A DNA stretch of 64,000 nucleotides from an uncultured virus (IMG/VR IMGVR_UViG_3300049846_000440) (IMGVR_UViG_3300049846_000440); one strand, 5' to 3'. Counted from the first letter of the stretch, positions 16,787 through 27,106 are shown. A program made the numbers and translations. The notes: generated by a model not told the origin, from the sequence alone.

Positions 16787-17932
16787 TCAGTTTTCTAAGA
16801 AGAACCATTGTTTTGCATCCTTTTCGGATACCAATGCTTTGTATGATCTTTGCACTTCAGTCTCTGAGTTTCCACACATTTCTGCAATCGCGGAAGCGTT
16901 TTTTAGAATAGCCATAGAGTAGGAGATGAAGGAGTGCCGGAGACCGTTGTGAACCCATCCCCCGCATTGGGACGTGAGCTTTTCCAGTTCTTTGTACGGC
17001 TTTCCTTGGATCACGCTTCCAGTGCTGTCCTTGAACTTTTCGAGGTAGTGCCGAATGGTTTTGGAAATTGGGATCAATCGCCTACGGTCCTTCTTCGTGA
17101 TCTGCGCGGACAGCTTGATGTACCCTTCCTGCCAGTCAAAATCTTCCCAGCGTACACGTGCGATTTCCGCTGAACGAATTCCTGCGTACCCTCCTAGTAC
17201 CAGAAAAGGCAGCAGTTGATCCGAGGAGTTATCCAGCAGATATCGGATCGTCTCCGGTCGGATAACTTCTGGGTTTCGGCTTTCGGCTTTTGGTATGGCG
17301 GTCAGTTGCGCTTGGGTCTTGCCCGTATCCGGTACGTGTTTACGGTCTTTCGCCCACGACCAGAGTGCGACCAATGTCCTTCTGTGGTTGATGCGGGTAC
17401 GCCCGCACGTTCCGATGTCCGCCAAGTATTGGTCGAGTTCCTCAAAGGTAATTGACTTCAACAACCGATCCCCAAAATTTTTTGTGAGCCTATTGAGATG
17501 ATGGCGTAACGTGGATAGGTTACGAGTGTGGGTGTCGCCAGATGCTCCACGACACCGAGCAACCTGATTTCCGATGAATTCTTCCACCGCTTTTGATACG
17601 GAGATCGGGTCTCTTTCGTATTTGTGATTGTCAAGATAGAATTTAACGGCATCAATGAGGGGGGTTTCTCCGAGCATGGACTCGCACATCCGGTAGTAGA
17701 TGAACTTATCCGTGTCTGTGTTCGCTCGCTCGACCCGCCCTTGACGAATGTCGTTCAAAATTTCCTCTGCCCGTGCCATTGCTGACTCTAACTTTGACAG
17801 ACTCACCCGTTGCCGTTTCCCGTTCTGCTTCCAACACACTGTGTGTACTGGGCGTTCCCGCAGGATTTGCCTGTAAATTCTAACAGCACCGAACTTTGAT
17901 TGTAGAACTATTGGGAATTTTGTTTGTTGCAT
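16787..17932 (-). CDS. int: tyrosine recombinase / integrase
   Basis: AGIRSAEIARVRWED, TKK, HNGLRHSFISY, CGNS, catalytic Tyr in RSY; N-terminal arm-binding-like strands. Confidence 0.9.
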   Translation of the reverse strand: MQQTKFPIVLQSKFGAVRIYRQILRERPVHTVCWKQNGKRQRVSLSKLESAMARAEEILNDIRQGRVERANTDTDKFIYYRMCESMLGETPLIDAVKFYLDNHKYERDPISVSKAVEEFIGNQVARCRGASGDTHTRNLSTLRHHLNRLTKNFGDRLLKSITFEELDQYLADIGTCGRTRINHRRTLVALWSWAKDRKHVPDTGKTQAQLTAIPKAESRNPEVIRPETIRYLLDNSSDQLLPFLVLGGYAGIRSAEIARVRWEDFDWQEGYIKLSAQITKKDRRRLIPISKTIRHYLEKFKDSTGSVIQGKPYKELEKLTSQCGGWVHNGLRHSFISYSMAILKNASAIAEMCGNSETEVQRSYKALVSEKDAKQWFFLEN

Positions 17933-17994
17933 TGTTCAGTCAAAGTATCATGCAAAACGAGTCGGTCAACTCATAATTTGTAACCTCCTACTGA

Positions 17995-19797
17995 ATGTCC
18001 GCAGCCCCTACACCTCCCGCAACTCCGCCGGATAACCGGATTCGGAAGTACGGTCGAATTTTCAGAGAGGGTTTTGACGATTTTAATATCGAGCTTTTGG
18101 CTTTCCGCGAAGGGTACACTCCCGAGACCGGGGGTTTAGGAAAAGCGCAGCACTTCAAAAATGTTGTAAACTTCCTTTGGGGAAAGCAAAACAAAGTAAA
18201 AAAGTTCATTTGGCATCCGTGGGCAGATGAACTGTTGGACGCACTGTGCAGCCATAAATACGTAGGAGCGGCTGGGTGCGCTTCGTCAGGAAAAACTGAA
18301 CTCGCAGCCGTTTGGGCTATCGTCAATTTCATATGCAGCCCGATGAACACGATGGTGATTCTGGTGTCCACGACCCTGAAATCAGCAAGGCAGCGTATCT
18401 GGGGGAGCGTAGTCCAGTTCTGGCAAGCCGTTCCGGGGTTGCCGGGGAAGCTGGTGGACAGTCAGGGGCTGATTCGTCTGGACGATGGGACTGGTGGGAA
18501 CAAGTTCTCGGACAAGTGCGGGATCGTCCTGATTCCTTGTGAGCGTAGTCAGGAGAAGGACGCGATTGGGAAGATGATCGGTTTGAAGAACGATCGGGTG
18601 GTAATGATCGCGGACGAGTTGTCCGAGCTTACCGAATCGATCTGCGAGGTCAGTTTCCCCGGTGGCAACTTGACGGCAAACCCCTACTTCCAGTTTGTCG
18701 GTCTGTCGAACCCTGCATCCTACTATGACCCATTCGGAAAGCTCATCGAGCCAAAAGCGGGGTGGGCTTCGATCAATGTGGATTCGGATCGGTGGGAGAC
18801 CAACTACGGCATCGCCGTGCATTTCGACGCTTTGAAGTCCCCAAACGTCTTGGCTGGAAAAACCATCTACCCGTTCTTGCCTACTCAGGAAAAGATCGAC
18901 GATGCGCTCAAAGCCAACGAGCCAACGAGTGCGCGGTTCTTCCGAATGATGCGGGGGTTCTTTTGTCCTGAGGCCGCCGAGGACCGCATATATTCGGAGT
19001 CCGACTTCATAAAGTTCGGAGCAAACGCCTCAATTATTTGGAGCGGTTCTCCGATATCACCACGTGGCGACTCCACAGTGCGGGTAGCCGCGCTTGATCC
19101 TGCGTTCACCAATGGCGGGGACCGAAGCGTACTCTTCTTTGGTACGTACGGCATAAACAAGGACGGGTTACCCGCTTTGAACTTTGACGGGTTCTCCATC
19201 CTCAACGAGGATGTTACCAACCAAACGGAACCTAGGTCGTATCAGATTGCCAAACAGTTCCGGCGATTGTGCGAAGAAAATGACGTGGCTCCAGAGAACG
19301 CAGCGTTCGATGCTACTGGAGCGGGAATTACCTTTGGTGACGTGGTTCGTGTAGTATGGAGCGACAAGGTACGTAGGATTTCGTTCGGTGGGGGTGCCAG
19401 TGATAAGCCCGCCAGTGTCAGCGATAACGCCCCAGCAAAAGAACGGTACGCGAATAGGGTAACGGAGATTTGGTTTAGCGCGAAGCAGTTGTTGAGGGGT
19501 AGGCAGCTAGGCGGCATTGACCCCGATCTGGCTAAGGAATTGTGCGCTCGCAAGTACTCTGAGCGGGGGACAAAGCTGGTGGTGGAGCCGAAGGAACAGA
19601 TGAAGTACCATTTCGGACGGTCGCCAGACTTGGCGGATGCCGCGTTGATGGTGGTGCTTCTTTGTCAAGATCGGTTTGGGTTCGGAGCCGCAGCTTCCGC
19701 TCATCGTCCTGCGTTGTTTGGGGAATCCCCAACTTGGAAACAAGCTACTCGTAGATTCAATAATGTGATGAAAGGTAGAAAAAACTTGCGTTTTTAA
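17995..19797 (+). CDS. terL: terminase large subunit
   Basis: Walker A GCASSGKT, Walker B VMIADE, GLSNP, nuclease AALDPA...GGD, FDATG, RSPDLADA. Confidence 0.9.
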   Translation: MSAAPTPPATPPDNRIRKYGRIFREGFDDFNIELLAFREGYTPETGGLGKAQHFKNVVNFLWGKQNKVKKFIWHPWADELLDALCSHKYVGAAGCASSGKTELAAVWAIVNFICSPMNTMVILVSTTLKSARQRIWGSVVQFWQAVPGLPGKLVDSQGLIRLDDGTGGNKFSDKCGIVLIPCERSQEKDAIGKMIGLKNDRVVMIADELSELTESICEVSFPGGNLTANPYFQFVGLSNPASYYDPFGKLIEPKAGWASINVDSDRWETNYGIAVHFDALKSPNVLAGKTIYPFLPTQEKIDDALKANEPTSARFFRMMRGFFCPEAAEDRIYSESDFIKFGANASIIWSGSPISPRGDSTVRVAALDPAFTNGGDRSVLFFGTYGINKDGLPALNFDGFSILNEDVTNQTEPRSYQIAKQFRRLCEENDVAPENAAFDATGAGITFGDVVRVVWSDKVRRISFGGGASDKPASVSDNAPAKERYANRVTEIWFSAKQLLRGRQLGGIDPDLAKELCARKYSERGTKLVVEPKEQMKYHFGRSPDLADAALMVVLLCQDRFGFGAAASAHRPALFGESPTWKQATRRFNNVMKGRKNLRF

Positions 19798-19826
19798 CCT
19801 TATCGTAAGACGTTCACTTTCCTCAA

Positions 19827-20615
19827 ATGTTAATAGTATTACCAATTTCCGAACATGATGCACACCTTCTACCGGATTTTGCTAGAGTCCTTGCAAAGTT
19901 TGGAGGAGCTAAAGAAGCAGAGGCATTGATCGTATCGCACGTATCCAACTCTGAATTGATTGAACGTTTTAAGTTTCTTGTAGACGAACAGTTTGCGCAG
20001 ATCAATACGCTCGCGTTTACAGAAAAAGGCCCGGAAGGGTGGCCCCGTTCTTGTAACCATTACTTCATTCAGACGGCGTTTCATGTGGAGGGGTTTTATG
20101 CCGCCAAGCATAAGTGCTTCTATTTCATGGAGTTGGATACGCTTCCTTTGAAGAAAGGATGGTATGAGGCGTTGCTGACCGAATACAATTTGTCTGGCAA
20201 ACCGTTCATGGGGGTGAAGGAGCCTACATACCTACGCCGTCTGGATGCTACTCCAGAGGATAACGCGCTGGTTCAGGATGGGTTTCACATGGTTGGCACA
20301 GGGATCTATCCGACCCAAATGTCGAGACATTCGATACTGTACAAGTACAACCCCGCCACTGCTTGGGATGTGGAAATGCAGTGGGAAGTAGTGCCCAACA
20401 TGCATCCAACGGATTTGATTCAGCATAACTGGGGGACCAAGAATTATCGGGAAGGGTACGGATCTATCATTTGCGATGACATCCCCGGTAAAGCTAAAGG
20501 GATTTCGCACAATAAAGCAGTGCGTTCAGATGCCTATTTGCTGCATGGCTGTAAGGATGGTAGTCTTGCCAAGTTGTTGGTAAGTGAAACTGTTAAACCA
20601 AAGGTTAAAAAATGA
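19827..20615 (+). CDS. hypothetical protein, possibly GT-A glycosyltransferase-like
   Basis: FYFMELDTLPL (ExD after a hydrophobic strand), GTGIYP, AWD, LLHG. Confidence 0.45.
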   Translation: MLIVLPISEHDAHLLPDFARVLAKFGGAKEAEALIVSHVSNSELIERFKFLVDEQFAQINTLAFTEKGPEGWPRSCNHYFIQTAFHVEGFYAAKHKCFYFMELDTLPLKKGWYEALLTEYNLSGKPFMGVKEPTYLRRLDATPEDNALVQDGFHMVGTGIYPTQMSRHSILYKYNPATAWDVEMQWEVVPNMHPTDLIQHNWGTKNYREGYGSIICDDIPGKAKGISHNKAVRSDAYLLHGCKDGSLAKLLVSETVKPKVKK

Positions 20616-22828
20616 ACGGCGATTTATTGCTTAAAAATCTCAGCCCCGAAGGGGAAGTCCCGCAGTCACGAATTCAAGATCCACAGGATGCAAAGCGGAT
20701 TTTCGACACGCTTTGGGATGCGGACAAAGATCGGCGCAGGAACAGGGCGGAGATCCAAGCAATGCTGGATGGGGTTCCCCCTTACGACGAAGGGGAACTT
20801 GAAGCAACGGGGCAGTCGGATAGGGCAAACGTAAACTTCGGGGAAGGTGAAGCCCTGCTGGAATCTGCCTTGGCTGGATATGTAGACCTCTTGAATTCCG
20901 TCGAAAAGCTGATGACCTTCCGTACGGATTTTGGAGACCGCAGCCAAAGGTACGAATGGGAGCAAATCATGTCCGAGGAAATGACTCGGATGCTACGAAA
21001 TTGGCCTAGGTACACCTCGCAGTTCCTGTTGCTCGCGCATCATTTTGTTGGTCATGGCGTTGGGGTTGTGTATTTCGATGACGAGTCCGATTGGCGTTGG
21101 AAGGTGTGTGGGTTAGGGGATTTCCTGATTCCGAACCGCACCTTTGCCTGCGAGGACGATATTGAGGTCGCCGTCTGCCGTCGGATGTACCAAGTCCATC
21201 AGCTTTACGCATTCATCGACGATGAGGATTTGGCTGAACAGGCGGGGTGGAATGTCGGAGAAGTCCGCAAAGCAATTTTGGGGGCGGTCAACTCGGGCGC
21301 ACACGCGCAGTCAATTACCGACTGGGAAGAGCTTCGGGCGCAGTTGAAGAACAACGATCTCACCGTTGGGTACGCTGGGTCTTCCGAAGTCAAAGTACTG
21401 CACATCTGGAACAAGGAATTCGACGGATCTGTAAGTCACATCGTTTCCCTTGAAGATGGCAGCAATGAGGAGTTTCTGTGCAAGCGGATCTCTCCTTTCA
21501 AAAACGTCTCCCAAGCGTTCACGATCTTTACCTACGGGATTGGTACCAATGGGTATTACCATTCGATTCGTGGTCTCGGGTACAAGATCTATCCGCAGGT
21601 TCAAGCATCCAATCGTCTTCGGTGTCAGTTCTATGATGGGGCGATGTTGTCGTCTTCGCTGATGATTCAGCCGGAGAGTGAAGATGCCCTCAATGATCTG
21701 AATCTTTTCTATTACGGTCCCTACTCGGTGATTCCTCCGAAGATGAGGGTCGTTGAGCGGACGGTTCCGAACTTGGCAAATAACGTGGTGCCGATGTTGG
21801 CGGACATCACCAATACGATCCAGAACAAGACGGGATCGTATCAGGCTAACAGCAATACCCCGCGCACCAAATTTGAAGTACAAGCCGCGATCTCTCAAGG
21901 AACTCGGCTATCGTCGGCTGCGTTGAACCTGTTCTACGAACCGTGGCAGCGGTTCATCCGTGAAGTAGTTCGACGCATTACTCGTCCAAATTATCTACTC
22001 AACGAACCCGGAGGCGAAGAAGTCGCTGGGTTCATTCAGCGGTGTATTCGCCGTGGGGTCCCTGTCGAAGCGGTTTATGCTATCGATATGGAATCTGTTT
22101 CGGCGGTCAAGGCTATTGGAGCTGGTTCTGAAACGAACCGCCTCATGGCATTTGACGAATTCATGCAATACATGTCAGCGTTCGACGATACGGGTAAACG
22201 GAATATCATGCGGGATCGGGTAGCCGCCCGAGTTGGATACGACCAAGTCAACCGCTACATCCAACCTATCGGTATGGAATCCCGTCCGTTGCCGGATGAG
22301 AAGGTTGCCGAACTGGAAAACAATTCGTTCCAACTCGGATTGAATGTGACCGTCAAGCCCAACGAAAACCACCTCATCCATGCTCGCGTACACAACGCAC
22401 TTCTGACGAACATGATCGAGCGTATCGACAGTGGGGAACTGGGACTGGAGCAATCGGTGCAGCAGTTGGTAAATCTGGTACAGCACCAAGAGCAACACTT
22501 GCAGCTTGTGCAGGTTGATCGCACCGTCGAGCAGGAGGTAGCGCAGTATCGTGCAGAACTCCAGCGGTCTGGTGAGTTCGTCTACAACGGTATGGAGAGA
22601 CTGAAGAAGGCGCAACAGGCCGCCGCACAGCAAGCTCCTCAGGGCGGACAAGCAGTTGATCCAAAACTCCAGCAGATGATGGCGGAACACCAGATGAAGT
22701 TGCAGATGCGGCAAGAAGAGTTTGCGCTGGCACAACAGATGAAAATGGAAGAGACTAAACAGAAGCTCGCCATTGAAGATGCAAAAGCCGCACAGGTTAT
22801 TGCCGCGAGATCAACACGTACTAAATGA
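20612..22828 (+). CDS. portal protein
   Basis: 738 aa, position after terminase, helical composition with Gln-rich C-terminal barrel-like tail. Confidence 0.75.
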   Translation: MNGDLLLKNLSPEGEVPQSRIQDPQDAKRIFDTLWDADKDRRRNRAEIQAMLDGVPPYDEGELEATGQSDRANVNFGEGEALLESALAGYVDLLNSVEKLMTFRTDFGDRSQRYEWEQIMSEEMTRMLRNWPRYTSQFLLLAHHFVGHGVGVVYFDDESDWRWKVCGLGDFLIPNRTFACEDDIEVAVCRRMYQVHQLYAFIDDEDLAEQAGWNVGEVRKAILGAVNSGAHAQSITDWEELRAQLKNNDLTVGYAGSSEVKVLHIWNKEFDGSVSHIVSLEDGSNEEFLCKRISPFKNVSQAFTIFTYGIGTNGYYHSIRGLGYKIYPQVQASNRLRCQFYDGAMLSSSLMIQPESEDALNDLNLFYYGPYSVIPPKMRVVERTVPNLANNVVPMLADITNTIQNKTGSYQANSNTPRTKFEVQAAISQGTRLSSAALNLFYEPWQRFIREVVRRITRPNYLLNEPGGEEVAGFIQRCIRRGVPVEAVYAIDMESVSAVKAIGAGSETNRLMAFDEFMQYMSAFDDTGKRNIMRDRVAARVGYDQVNRYIQPIGMESRPLPDEKVAELENNSFQLGLNVTVKPNENHLIHARVHNALLTNMIERIDSGELGLEQSVQQLVNLVQHQEQHLQLVQVDRTVEQEVAQYRAELQRSGEFVYNGMERLKKAQQAAAQQAPQGGQAVDPKLQQMMAEHQMKLQMRQEEFALAQQMKMEETKQKLAIEDAKAAQVIAARSTRTK

Positions 22829-23115
22829 CAACCGATACTTGGTTTAAAGACCCATCGAATTCCGTGGAGTTAAAGCAGATTCTTGATACTCCAATTTTGA
22901 AAAAAGCGTTGGACGTACTTGTGTACAGCAAGTTACCTTCTCCAGCACCTCTTCCTGAGACTGATACATTAGCACACGCGGCTATTGTCAATGCACGAAG
23001 AGAAGGCTACTACACGTTTTTACGTGATTTGATGGCACTCACGGTGGAACCAAAACAGCAACAAGACCTTTCAAAACCGTGGAAAGGTAAACATGTTAAC
23101 CCAGTTACAGTATGA
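22825..23115 (+). CDS. small head-associated protein
   Basis: Lies between portal and scaffold; ATGA overlaps. Confidence 0.65.
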   Translation: MTTDTWFKDPSNSVELKQILDTPILKKALDVLVYSKLPSPAPLPETDTLAHAAIVNARREGYYTFLRDLMALTVEPKQQQDLSKPWKGKHVNPVTV

Positions 23116-24230
23116 GCGAACCCGCAGCTACCGAAGCCCCAGTATCCGCAACCCCAGCGCAAACCGAAGCACCCGCTTCTTCTCAGTCAACTCAAACCGC
23201 AGCGGCTACTCCTGCCCAGCCCAACGATAGTTCCTTTGATTGGATTGGGTCTATTGACGAGGCAATTACTGCTGGAGTAAAGTCTGAGGCAGATCCGAAA
23301 GAAGAAGATCCTAAAGCGGCCAAAGAAGAACCTGTAAAAGAAGATGGGGATAAAGCCGCTGAAGAAGATGTGGAGGAGCTGCCTACGATGTCGAAGGCGG
23401 CTGGAGCCAAGTTCAAGCAACTCAAGGCCGAGGTCAAAACGTGGAAGCAAAAGGTAGCCGATTTGGAGAAACAGGTTGCCGAAAAGGAGACGGCGGAACA
23501 GCAATTCAAGGTACCCGAAGATTACGAAACTCTGAAGAATCAGGTTGCTGAATACGAAAAAGAAATCTCGGTGAGCCGAGTGGAAGCGTCTCCGCAGTTC
23601 AAACAGTCGGTCATCGAACCCCTGAATGGGGTGTTGTCGGCAGCCTACGCTATGGCTTCTCGGTACCAAGTACCCGAACAAACGATGGAAGCCGTCTTGC
23701 AGGAGCAGAATCCGGCGAAGCAGGATGAGCTTTTGCAGGAGATGGTCAGCGGATTTACGGAACGGGATCGTTTGAACCTTTACCGTTTGGTGGACGATAT
23801 CGGGGTCATTCTTCAAAGGAGGGAAGAAATCCTTACCAACGCTTCGCAAGCCAGAGAACTTCTGACAAAACAGGAGCAAGAGCGAGTTTCTTCCGAAACC
23901 AAACAGGCGATGCAGAACGTGTGGGAAGTCTTGTCGAAGAAAGTTCCGTTGTTCTCGGACACCAAGATCGCGGAAGAAGTTCGTTCAAAAGCTCTTTCTT
24001 CCAACTTGCTTGAAGCGAAGCCCGATGTCAGGGCGTACGCCGCGTACTCTGGCGCAGTGCTACCTCACTTGCTAAAGCAAAACCAATCTTTGACTACCAA
24101 GGTTGCAGAATTGGAAAAAACTCTGGCGGGTATCCGCAAGACAGTTCCGAAGGCGGGGCAGGGTAAAACAGTTGCCGCTGAAGTTGCTTCCGATATTGGG
24201 TTCTTGGACGCTTTGGAGGCTCAGTTGTGA
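23112..24230 (+). CDS. capsid scaffolding protein
   Basis: Acidic low-complexity N-terminus, long coiled coil, upstream of the capsid gene. Confidence 0.7.
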   Translation: MSEPAATEAPVSATPAQTEAPASSQSTQTAAATPAQPNDSSFDWIGSIDEAITAGVKSEADPKEEDPKAAKEEPVKEDGDKAAEEDVEELPTMSKAAGAKFKQLKAEVKTWKQKVADLEKQVAEKETAEQQFKVPEDYETLKNQVAEYEKEISVSRVEASPQFKQSVIEPLNGVLSAAYAMASRYQVPEQTMEAVLQEQNPAKQDELLQEMVSGFTERDRLNLYRLVDDIGVILQRREEILTNASQARELLTKQEQERVSSETKQAMQNVWEVLSKKVPLFSDTKIAEEVRSKALSSNLLEAKPDVRAYAAYSGAVLPHLLKQNQSLTTKVAELEKTLAGIRKTVPKAGQGKTVAAEVASDIGFLDALEAQL

Positions 24231-24439
24231 TCTGGCTTTTTGCGTTTTTCGCAGGCAGCACTGTTCTGATTATTCTTTCGTTCGTACCGATTGTGTTTCC
24301 GTACTTTCGATTGTACCGTCGGTTGTTAGGTGGGCGATGGGAGAAACGAGGACACTGGTGTCGGTACCCTCATTGCGAACCGCAAGCTGATTATCGTGTA
24401 TCAAAATACGGCGTAGCAGAAGATGTAGAAGATTGGTAA
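24227..24439 (+). CDS. small membrane protein
   Basis: N-terminal transmembrane helix; GTGA overlap. Confidence 0.5.
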   Translation: MIWLFAFFAGSTVLIILSFVPIVFPYFRLYRRLLGGRWEKRGHWCRYPHCEPQADYRVSKYGVAEDVEDW

Positions 24440-24443
24440 CCCT

Positions 24444-24719
24444 ATGATCTCCAGAAACGGCGAGAAATTTTCCGGGTACAACAAACCGAAGCGTACTCCT
24501 AGTCATCCGAAGAAGTCCCATGCGGTTCTTGCCAAGGAGGGCGGGGACGTAAAGTTAATCCGGTTTGGGCAGCAGGGGGTTTCTGGGTCGCCAAAGAAAG
24601 AAGGAGAAAGCGCGACTTACCGCAAACGCCGGGAATCTTTTCAAGCTCGGCACGCCAAGAACATTGCGAAAGGGAAGATGTCTGCGGCGTATTGGGCGAA
24701 TCGTGTTAAATGGCGATAG
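24444..24719 (+). CDS. small basic phage protein (DUF6321-like)
   Basis: KLIRFGQQG...RRESFQARH...SAAYWANRVKW. Confidence 0.75.
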   Translation: MISRNGEKFSGYNKPKRTPSHPKKSHAVLAKEGGDVKLIRFGQQGVSGSPKKEGESATYRKRRESFQARHAKNIAKGKMSAAYWANRVKWR

Positions 24720-24744
24720 GTTTCCGTTAACAAAAGTACCCTTT

Positions 24745-24783
24745 AAAAGGCTACTCCGTAATGGGGTAGCCTTTTTGTTTTTC
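24745..24783 (+). terminator. Rho-independent terminator
   Basis: AAAAGGCTACTCC-GTAAT-GGGGTAGCCTTTTTGTTTTT. Confidence 0.8.
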
Positions 24784-24821
24784 CGTTGACACAGACTTAA
24801 TTTTAAGGCAAAAGTGATTTC

Positions 24822-24957
24822 GCAGCCCAAAGACTGCATAAATCTTTGGAGGTCGGTTTGGAACCTAATCCACTCTTCGTTCAGTCATTCATTCGGTTTG
24901 TTCAAGCCGAACCAAAGTCTTCGTTACCCACCATGTAGGTGGGAATTTTAGCGAGGC
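24822..24957 (+). ncRNA. structured leader of the capsid gene (candidate H-type pseudoknot plus two hairpins)
   Basis: GCAG-C-CCAAAGA-CTGC-ATAAA-TCTTTGG; TTCGGTTT/AAGCCGAA; CTTCGTTA-CCCACC/GGTGGG-TAGCGAGG; TTGACA at 24786. Confidence 0.45.
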
Positions 24958-24991
24958 TCAATTTTCCCACGCAGTTTTCACGTATACTCTT

Positions 24992-26167
24992 ATGCCTTCT
25001 TTTGACATCGAGCATCTGCTCATCAACGAATCCGGTCGTATCGGCCCCGACATCTACCGTAAAACCCTCAATACCTCGCCTTGGCTCAAGCTGGTTAAGC
25101 AGGACACTTGGCCCGACGAAATGGGCGACACCATTTCGGTGTTGACCTATGAGCGGACCTTGGCCGCTCCCTTGACGTGGTCCAACGTCACGCTGAACCC
25201 AATTGAGGCACCTAGCGGTGCAGGTCCGGGAACCTGCGTTCCTGCTGCTAACGAAGTTCCGTTTGCACAGACCCTGCGTCAGTACAACCTCCAGCAGGCC
25301 GCTCTGGAATCTCCCGCTATCTGCGTGAACGACCTTCGGTTCTCACTCAAACGTAAGGAGCAGCTCTCCAATATGTTTGAGATCCTGAAGGAAAACACGA
25401 GCTGGTCGTGGCAGGAGCGGTATCGGAACGAGTACACCCGCGTTGCCGAACACAAGATCGTTGCCAATTCGACTTTGGCAGAAGGCACTTCGTCTTTCCC
25501 TGCCGTTACGGGTACGTCTCGTTTGACTCAGGGCATCCTTGACCGAATCTACTTGCAGTTGGTTCGTGACGGTGCTGGCAACAACCCGATGGGTCGCCAG
25601 AACGGACGCCCTGAGTTCACAGTCATCTGCTCGCCTGAAACCAGCGATCAGTTGATCCGTGATGACGACAGCATCCGGCAGGATTATCGTTGGAACGCTG
25701 GCAAGGTGAACGAACTCTTGGCTCCACTTGGAGTTGAGCGGTCTTATCGTGGGTTCTACCATTTGATCGACATGTTCCCGAACCGTTGGGACCTCGTTAA
25801 CGGTGCGTGGACCCAACGGCAACCGTATGTGGCGACTGCCGCTAGTAAGGGTCAGAAGTTCGTCGTCAATTCGGCGTACGAATCTGCCGCTTACGAAGAT
25901 ACCATCGTGTTCCATCAGGATGTGTACACCAGCTTGATCCCGGCTCCGATCACGAGTCCCGGTGGAAACACCAAGTTCGATCCGGTCTCCTACCGTGGCG
26001 ACTTCAAGTGGCTAAACATCCCGCATCGGACGGAAAACCCGGACGGCACCATCGGTTTCTTCCGTGGCGTTCTGTCCAGCGGCACCAAGCCGATCCGGCC
26101 TGAGTGGGGCTACGTGATCCGCCATCTGCGTTGCGCTCCGAAACTCGGTCTGGTAGCTTGCTCTTAA
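24992..26167 (+). CDS. major capsid protein
   Basis: 391 aa after the scaffold, own leader and downstream hairpin, strongly biased codons, capsid-like segments (LTQGILDRIY...VICSPET...GVERSYRGFYH). Confidence 0.8.
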   Translation: MPSFDIEHLLINESGRIGPDIYRKTLNTSPWLKLVKQDTWPDEMGDTISVLTYERTLAAPLTWSNVTLNPIEAPSGAGPGTCVPAANEVPFAQTLRQYNLQQAALESPAICVNDLRFSLKRKEQLSNMFEILKENTSWSWQERYRNEYTRVAEHKIVANSTLAEGTSSFPAVTGTSRLTQGILDRIYLQLVRDGAGNNPMGRQNGRPEFTVICSPETSDQLIRDDDSIRQDYRWNAGKVNELLAPLGVERSYRGFYHLIDMFPNRWDLVNGAWTQRQPYVATAASKGQKFVVNSAYESAAYEDTIVFHQDVYTSLIPAPITSPGGNTKFDPVSYRGDFKWLNIPHRTENPDGTIGFFRGVLSSGTKPIRPEWGYVIRHLRCAPKLGLVACS

Positions 26168-26181
26168 TAGAGCGATAGTTT

Positions 26182-26222
26182 AACTAGGGAGGGGGATCTT
26201 ACGGTCCCCCTCCCTTGGTTCT
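26182..26222 (+). terminator. strong hairpin/terminator after the capsid gene
   Basis: AACTAGGGAGGGGGATC-TTAC-GGTCCCCCTCCCTTGGTT. Confidence 0.7.
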
Positions 26223-26236
26223 AACCTACAAAATTT

Positions 26237-26515
26237 ATGATGTTCAAAGCTCCTGCTGATTTGGAAATCCCTGAAGGCACAAAGGAAGGGGACACATTTG
26301 AGGCGATGGCGACCTTTATGATGAAGCCAGATGGAATGCTTTCCGTCGAAGCCGTCGAGGGTTCCCCTATTGGGGGAGCGATGGAAGACGAGGAAGGTCC
26401 TGAGGACGAGATGGAAGACGAGGCGGAGGGGGAAGAGGCACCTATGAAAAAGGGCGGAATGGCTCCTAGCTTCCTGATTGCCATCGAAAAAGGCATGGGT
26501 CCGAAGAAGAAATAA
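26237..26515 (+). CDS. acidic hypothetical protein
   Basis: Glu/Asp-rich 92 aa. Confidence 0.7.
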   Translation: MMFKAPADLEIPEGTKEGDTFEAMATFMMKPDGMLSVEAVEGSPIGGAMEDEEGPEDEMEDEAEGEEAPMKKGGMAPSFLIAIEKGMGPKKK

Positions 26516-26520
26516 GGATC

Positions 26521-26730
26521 ATGTCGGACTACTCAAGTTCTTCAGTAGATCTACTTGAGACAAAGGGGGTCGCGGTAAAGGGTATCATTGGTACCGTGGC
26601 CCCCCTTTTGGCTGTGATCAATTCTTTTCAAGAACAGGTTGAATGGTATTTGCGGGTGACGGGTTTAGTCGCTGCGCTGGTGGTGTCCGTTTTGACTATT
26701 GTTTCGTTCTTCAAGAAGAAGAATAAATGA
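26521..26730 (+). CDS. small two-TM protein, holin-like
   Basis: Two hydrophobic segments and basic C-terminus FFKKKNK. Confidence 0.55.
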   Translation: MSDYSSSSVDLLETKGVAVKGIIGTVAPLLAVINSFQEQVEWYLRVTGLVAALVVSVLTIVSFFKKKNK

Positions 26731-26731
26731 C

Positions 26732-27106
26732 ATGGCTTTTACCGCACGTATAAATCTACCTAACCATGTGAAAGGGGATACCTTTCCTCGGTTGGATTTT
26801 TACGTAGGTAAGAAGGTTTTAGTAAACGGTGTAGAGACGGAGTACCCCATTGATTTGACGGGGGCGCAGATTTACTTGCAGGTTCGCCCGAAGGTCAATT
26901 CGGAGATCATCTATTTGGATCTTGAAGTTGGGGACGGTTTGACGTTGGTTGCTCCATATTCCGGCAGGTTCCAGATCGACGAGCAAATCATCGATATTCC
27001 CGTAGGTACCCACTACTACGACATTGAGATTACCTTAAATACTGGAGTAAAGTTCACTTGGTTCATCGGTACGTGGACTATTACTTCGGACATTACCCAT
27101 GAGTGA
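26732..27106 (+). CDS. virion structural beta-sandwich protein (fibre-attachment/BppU-N-like)
   Basis: KGDTF...PIDLTGAQI...VR...GTHYYDIEI...[10 protein letters not shown]. Confidence 0.65.
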   Translation: MAFTARINLPNHVKGDTFPRLDFYVGKKVLVNGVETEYPIDLTGAQIYLQVRPKVNSEIIYLDLEVGDGLTLVAPYSGRFQIDEQIIDIPVGTHYYDIEITLNTGVKFTWFIGTWTITSDITHE

